This document shows, in pieces, positions 58,901-64,000 of a DNA stretch of 64,000 nt. The first letter of the stretch is position 1. Every line of letters begins with the position of its first letter. Both the position numbers and the translations under genes were made by a program. The notes below the pieces were generated by a model, which did no database searches, was not told where the DNA came from, and saw only the letters and a list, made by a program, of their open reading frames with translations. Source of the stretch: Macrostomum lignano (lineage: Eukaryota); NCBI GenBank assembly GCA_002269645.1, contig NIVC01001387.1, forward strand, positions 235,118 through 299,117, in the 5' to 3' direction.

Positions 58901-61900
58901 CAGTTACCACTTTCCAGTTTCAACACTCCAGTTACCACACTCCAGTTACCACACTCCAGTTACCACACTCCAGTTACCACTTTCCAGTTTCAACACTCCA
59001 GTTACCACACTCCAGTTACCACACTCCAGTTACCACACTCCAGTTACCACACTCCAGTTACCACACTCCATATTCCACATCTCCGCAGTACCAAATGTTG
59101 AGTAATTGCCTGGTAACAACTTTTCATTTCGTTCCAAAATTTGCTGGATCATTCAACTATTTGATTTTCCATTTGACTCTATCCCACAAAATTACACAAA
59201 TTATTGACAGAATTCTGCGCCTCTGTCACGTGCAGAATTTTCGAAATGTTGACGTTGTGTTTCCATAGTAACTGTCGAACATTTTCAGTATTTTTTCGTT
59301 TTGCATGCTGCTGCTAATATTGCAGTTCTTTTTGACGAGATGGAAGAAATACGGTTGAAAACTTATAATTCCATTTATATGCAAGTCTGGGACAGACAGT
59401 AAAACTGTCGCATGTTTTCATAAATAGACTTTTTGTTGTCTAAGCAGGTTCCGGAACCTGGTTTACCTTGAGTCTGCAATTAGAACCCATGGACCTGTCT
59501 TACACTGCACTCTCAGATTAACGGCTCGCTCCACTACATTCGGCACTCTGCATCGAGGAAGAAGGCTTTGAAAGTTTTCGAAAATGCCGAATCCAATCAC
59601 GGAGCCGCTGGTGGAAAAAGGTGAGAAAATTTCCCTAGCAACTATTTTTATCCCTAACAACAATTGTTATCCCTAGCAACGATTGTTATCCCTAGCAACG
59701 ATTGTTATCCCTAGCAACGTTTGTTATCCCTAGCAACGATTGTTATCCCTAGCAACGATTGTTATCCCTAGCAACGATTGTTATCCCTATAGCAACGATT
59801 GTTATCCCTTGCAACGATTGTTATCCCTAGCAACGATTGTTGTCCTAGCAACGATTGTTATCCCTAGCAACGATTGTTATCCCTAGCAACGATTGTTATC
59901 CCTTGCAACGATTGTTATCCCTAGCAACGATTGTTATCCCTTGCAACGATTGTTGTCCCTAGCAACAACAGGATTCTATTGTTTTATTTCGCCAGCTCCG
60001 GTGGCAGCGGCACAGCACCTCAGGCGCAGGACCTTCCACCGGAGGCCACCGGAGGCGGGCCCCAGACCCGCTACAATCCTCATCAGGGCGCCACCTTCCG
60101 GCCCAACCCGTCCTACCACAGCGAAGTTGTCGGTCGCGCCTACGGCGACGACCAGGCCAGCAGCAGCGGCTTCGGCGACTTTGGCGACGGTGGCGGCAGC
60201 GGCAGCGGCGGGACGCCACCTGCCTCGGTGGTTCGCGGGCGTCAGCAGCAGCGGAAGCATCTGCGAGGTTCGTAGCAACGAGATTTCCCTATCTAACACA
60301 CCGGGATATCCCTATCTAGCACACTAGGATATCCCTATCTAACACACTAGGATTTCCCTGTCTAACACATTAGGATATCCCTATCTAACACACTGGGATT
60401 TCCCTATCTAACACACTGGGATTTCCCTATCTAACACACTGGGATTTCCCTATCTAACACACTAGGATTCCCTATCTAACACACTGGGATTTCCCTATCT
60501 AACACACTGGGATTTCCCTATCTAACACACTGGGATTTCCCTATCTAACACACTGGGATTTCCCTATCTAACACACTGGGATTTCCCTATCTAGCACACT
60601 GGGATTTCCCTATCTAACACACTAGGATATCCCTATCTAACACACTAGGATTTCCCTATCTAACACACTAGGATATCCCTATCTAACACACTGGGATTTC
60701 CCTATCTAACACACTGGGATTTCCCTATCTAGCACACTGGGATTTCCCTATCTAACACACTAGGATATCCCTATCTAACACACTGGGATTTCCCTATCTA
60801 ACACACTGGGATTTCCCTATCTAACACACTGGGATTTCCCTATCTAACACACTGGGATTTCCCTATCTAACACACTGGATTTCCCTATCTAGCACACTGG
60901 GATATCCCTATCTAACACACTAAGATATCCCTATCTAACACACTAGGATATCCCTATCTAACACACTGGGATTTCCCTATCTAACACACTGGGATTTCCC
61001 TATCTAGCACACTGGGATTTCCCTATCTAACACACTGGGATTTCCCTATCTAACACACTGGGATTTTCCTATCTAACACACTGGGATTTCCCTATCTAGC
61101 ACACTGGGATTTCCCTATCTAGCACACTGGGATTTCCCTATCTAGCACACTGGGATTTCCCTATGTAACACTCTGGGATTTCCCTATCTAGCAACCTGAG
61201 ATTTCCCTATCTAACACAGAGATTTCTTTATCTAACACACTGGGATATCCCTATCTAACACACTGGGATTTCCCTATCTAACACACTGGGATTTCCCTAT
61301 CTAACACACTGGGATTTCCCTATCTAACACACTGGGATATCCCTATCTAACACACTGGGATTTCCCTATCTAACACACTGGGATATCCCTATCTAACACA
61401 CTGAGATTTCCCTATCTAACACACTGAGATTTCCCTATCTAACACACTGAGATTTCCCTATCTAGCACACTGGGATTTCCCTATCTAACACACTGGGATT
61501 TCCCTATCTAACACACTGGGATTTCCCTATCTAGCACACTGGGATTTCCCTATCTAACACACTGGGATTTCCCTATCTAACACCTTCGCAGGTACGTACT
61601 CGAGCCGCCATACAAGCGGCATCAGTCTTGGATTCTGACAACGCAGATTCGGGCCTGCAGCGAGGCGGCAGGGAGTTCAACATTGTTGGCAGAGGTAGGC
61701 AGGGCACAGGCGTTTCTGTTTAATTCAATTTTCTTAAAACAGTTTTATCCTGAAAAAACACCCGATAATTTTTCACCGAATTCTCATGTGTACTAACCAA
61801 TTAACAGGCGGAATCGATGAGGCTGCAGGTAAATTCTTATCAAAGTCGAACTGTTTAAATATCAACTGAATATCAACTGATTTAAGCTTGTAATATTGCA

Positions 61901-62490
61901 ATAATTTGATTTGACCAAATTTCACCCCGGCCCAACATGGCGCAACGTCTTCGGCGACGTCCTTATTTAAAAGTACAATTTTGCGATAGTACTTGAACTG
62001 TAAGCTGGATTGACCCAGTTTGCGTAAATTATCAAATATTCTTCTTCAATTGTCAAACACCATCCCACAGTCCACATCCCACACCCCACATCCCACATCC
62101 GCAGGTGTATTCGAGGTGCAACCAGCTGCCGTGAGTCCTTTACCTCGCGCTGAGGTCCTCACCAGCAGCGGCGGCTTTGGCAGCGGCAGCGGTGGAAACG
62201 TCAGCTCGGCCACCTTCGGCAGTCGCGACTGACTCCTCAGCGCTCAGCGGCGGAGTTCAGGGCACCGCCTATCGGCCAAATTTGATTGGCAACGGAGGCC
62301 CCGATGATGAGGAGGATTCTGCGCCCGCGATAGAGGAAGGCAGCAGCAGCAGCAGCAGCAGCTGCAGCGGACCCTCAGCAACACCCTGCGGGAGAGCGTG
62401 GCCTTGCGGCAGCGGCAGCGGGCGGCGGCCGAGAGGAGCGCCAGCAAAGCTGAGACAGAAGATGAGAGGCTCATTCGCGAGCTGCGAGAG
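42199..62490 (+). CDS. TOGARAM1: TOG array regulator of axonemal microtubules 1 (crescerin/FAM179B/CHE-12), 5' part; continues beyond the window
   Basis: Exons 42199-42611, 43199-43541, 44854-45961, 46779-46885, 50727-51021, 53176-53421, 54583-54714, 55632-55703, 57686-57900, 59517-59620, 59996-60267, 61592-61694, 62105-62490. The TOG1/TOG2 HEAT repeats are recognisable (FGCVPRNLVDQL, LLDDVNFRI, EHRNSRVRQE, DFDLPRL, LLDPKRQVRHAALE, RLAKRQLPRL, GKLPWE, IVGRGVF). Linker exons are less certain, and the last two show frame slips. Confidence 0.88.
42765..43120. repeat. 15-bp minisatellite CTGGTGCTGGCGCCT in TOGARAM1 intron 1
   Basis: Lies between the donor at 42612 and the acceptor at 43198. Confidence 0.95.
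43670..44330. repeat. 22-bp minisatellite GGATTGGTTTAGTT(G/T)TAGGGGC
   Basis: Directly visible. Confidence 0.96.
45985..46440. repeat. 23-bp minisatellite GTGTGATGTGACGGAAATTGAGA
   Basis: Starts about 25 bp after the exon 3 donor. Confidence 0.95.
46965..47300. repeat. C-rich tandem repeat of about 40 bp
   Basis: About 8 copies of CCTCACGCCG..CCTTTCTAACCCCAAAACCCCCA. Confidence 0.92.
47985..48435. repeat. Pyrimidine-rich composite repeat built on TTTCTCATCTG
   Basis: Directly visible. Confidence 0.88.
48945..49400. repeat. 28-bp minisatellite AAAATCTAGGCGCCA(A/C)TTCAAAGTTTAC
   Basis: Directly visible. Confidence 0.94.
49900..49986. repeat. (CT)n microsatellite
   Basis: Directly visible. 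Confidence 0.97.
50312..50536 (-). mobile_element. tRNA-derived SINE with a conserved central domain (Meta-domain-like)
   Basis: On the minus strand: A-box-like TAGTGGCTAGAGCG, B-box GGTTCGATTCCC, then TTGTGTCCTTGAGCAAGACACTTAACTCTGCATTGCTTCAGTTCACCCAGCTGTAAAAT, and an ATTATTAC tail. Confidence 0.8.
51175..52870. repeat. 22-bp minisatellite GGATATCAGGGAATGTCATTTT
   Basis: About 1.7 kb array with visible higher-order blocks. Confidence 0.96.
53705..54230. repeat. 22-bp minisatellite GATCATAGAGGCGTCAG(C/T)TCAG
   Basis: Directly visible. Confidence 0.95.
54765..55270. repeat. Polypyrimidine (CT-rich) tract
   Basis: Directly visible. Confidence 0.95.
55790..56600. repeat. Polypurine minisatellite of about 23 bp, GAGGGTAGGGAGAGAGGGAGAGT
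   Basis: Directly visible. Confidence 0.93.
57050..57620. repeat. 21-bp minisatellite CAGATGGAACTAAATCCCATT
   Basis: Explains the MELNPIQ ORF. Confidence 0.95.
57945..58100. repeat. Tandem repeat of about 42 bp, TATTGGGAATAGAATGGATTGCTAATCTATTCTC...
   Basis: 3-4 copies. Confidence 0.85.
58505..59075. repeat. 14/28-bp minisatellite based on CACACTCCAGTTAC
   Basis: Directly visible. Confidence 0.92.
59259..59272. promoter_or_regulatory. X-box GTTTCCATAGTAAC in a TOGARAM1 intron
   Basis: Strong match to the 14-bp RFX consensus. Confidence 0.5.
59655..59965. repeat. 19-bp minisatellite GATTGTTATCCCTAGCAAC with an X-box-like unit
   Basis: About 16 copies between exons 59517-59620 and 59996-60267. 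Confidence 0.95.
60285..61582. repeat. 23-bp minisatellite CTATCTAACACACTGGGATTTCC
   Basis: Fills the intron from near the donor almost to the acceptor at 61591. Confidence 0.96.
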
Positions 62491-62534
62491 GTGAGCTGCC
62501 TTCAGGATCTTCAGCAGTCCCTGAAAGCATCTTC

Positions 62535-64000
62535 AGGAATCGGCCTCTAAATGCCTTCAGGAATCGGCCTCTAATCTCCTTCAGGAATCGGCCTCTAATC
62601 TCCTTCAGGAATCAGCCTCTAATCTCCTTCAGGAATCGGCCTCTAATCTCCCTTCGGAATCGGCCTCTAATGTTCAGGAATCGGCCTCTAATCTCCTTCA
62701 GAAATCAGCCTCTAATCTCCTTCAGGAATCGGCCTCTAATCTCCTTCAGGAATCGGCTCTAATCTCCATCAGGAATCGGCCTCTAATCTCCTTCAGGAAT
62801 CGGCCTCTAATCTCCTTCAGAAATCAGCCTCTAATCTCCTTCAGGAATCGGCCTCTAATCTCCTTCAGGAATCGGCCTCTAATCTCCTCAGATAATCAGC
62901 CTCTAATCTCCTTCAGGAATCGGCCTCTAATCTCCTTCAGGAATCGGCCTCTAATCTCGTTCAGGAATCGGCCTCTAATCTCGTTCAGGAATCGGCCTCT
63001 AATCTCGTTCAGGAATCGGCCTCTAATCTCGTTCAGGAATCGGCCTCTAATCTCGTTCAGGAATCGGCCTCTAATCTCCCTTCGGAATCGGCCTCTAATC
63101 TCGTTCAGAAATCAGCGTCTAATCTCGTTCAGAAATCGGCCTCTAATCTCGTTCAGGAATCGGCCTCTAATCTCCTTCAGGAATCGGCCTCTAATCTCGT
63201 TCAGGAATCGGCCTCTAATCTCCTTCAGGAAATCGGCCTCTAATCTCCTTCAGGAATCGGCCTCTAATCTCGTTCAGGAATCGGCCTCTAATCTCCTTCA
63301 GGAATCGGCCTCTAATCTCGTTCAGGAATCGGCCTCTAATCTCCTTCAGGAATCGGCCTCTAATCTCGTTCAGGAATCGGCCTCTAATCTCGTTCAGGAA
63401 TCGGCCTCTAATCTCCTTCAGGAATCGGCCTCTAATCTCGTTCAGGAATCGGCTCTAATCTCCTTCAGGAATCGGCCTCTAATCTCGTTCAGGAATCGGC
63501 CTCTAATCTCCTTTAGGAATCGGCCTCTAATCTCGTTCAGGAATCGGCCTCTAATCTCCTTCAGGAATCGACTCCTTCTCGAGCCTCTAATCCTCTCACT
63601 CCTTCAGGAATCGGCCTCTTAATCTCCCTTCCGAATCGGCCTCTAATCTCCTTCAGGAATCGGCCTCTAATCTCCTTCAGGAATCGGCCTCTAATCTCCT
63701 TCAGGAATCGCTCTAATCTCCTTCAGGAATCGGCCTCTAATCTCCTTCAGGATCGGCCTCTAATCTCCTTCAGGAATCAGCCTCTAATCTCCTTCAGGAA
63801 TCGGCCTCTAATCTCCTTCAGAGATTGGCCTCTAATCTCGTTCAGATAATCAGCCTCTAATCTCCTTCAGGAATCGGCCTCTAATCTCGTTCAGATAATC
63901 AGCCTCTAATCTCCTTCAGAGATTGGCCTCTAATCTCGTTCAGATAATCAGCCTCTAATCTCCTTCAGGAATCGGCTCTAATCTCCTTTAGGAATCGCCT
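62535..64000. repeat. 24-bp minisatellite CAGGAATCGGCCTCTAATCTC(C/G)TT
   Basis: Runs to the window end. Confidence 0.96.

Overview
Repeat-rich animal genomic DNA with spliced genes, GC-rich exons, poly-Q/poly-A tracts and a different minisatellite in almost every large intron. The style resembles the free-living flatworm Macrostomum, but that is inference only. Five host genes are supported: CCDC81 (minus strand, 5' HU-domain exons lost in an N gap), a DEG/ENaC channel (minus strand, only the 5' half present), a complete adenylate kinase 9 (AK9, plus strand), an intronless orphan class-A GPCR (minus strand), and TOGARAM1/crescerin (plus strand, running off the window end). Mobile elements are a full-length Ty3/Gypsy LTR retrotransposon (249-bp LTRs, tRNA-Ser(GCU) primer site), a hAT-type MITE with an 8-bp TSD, a 5'-truncated RNase H-bearing LINE and a tRNA-derived SINE. 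Scattered 1-nt frameshifts in conserved genes look like consensus errors. The most interesting signal is RFX X-box motifs inside two ciliary genes. One precedes a previously unexplained ORF that splices in frame into CCDC81 as an alternative first exon. A cluster of others, including a minisatellite whose unit is X-box-like, sits in the middle of TOGARAM1. No prokaryotic-type system (CRISPR, operon) is present.
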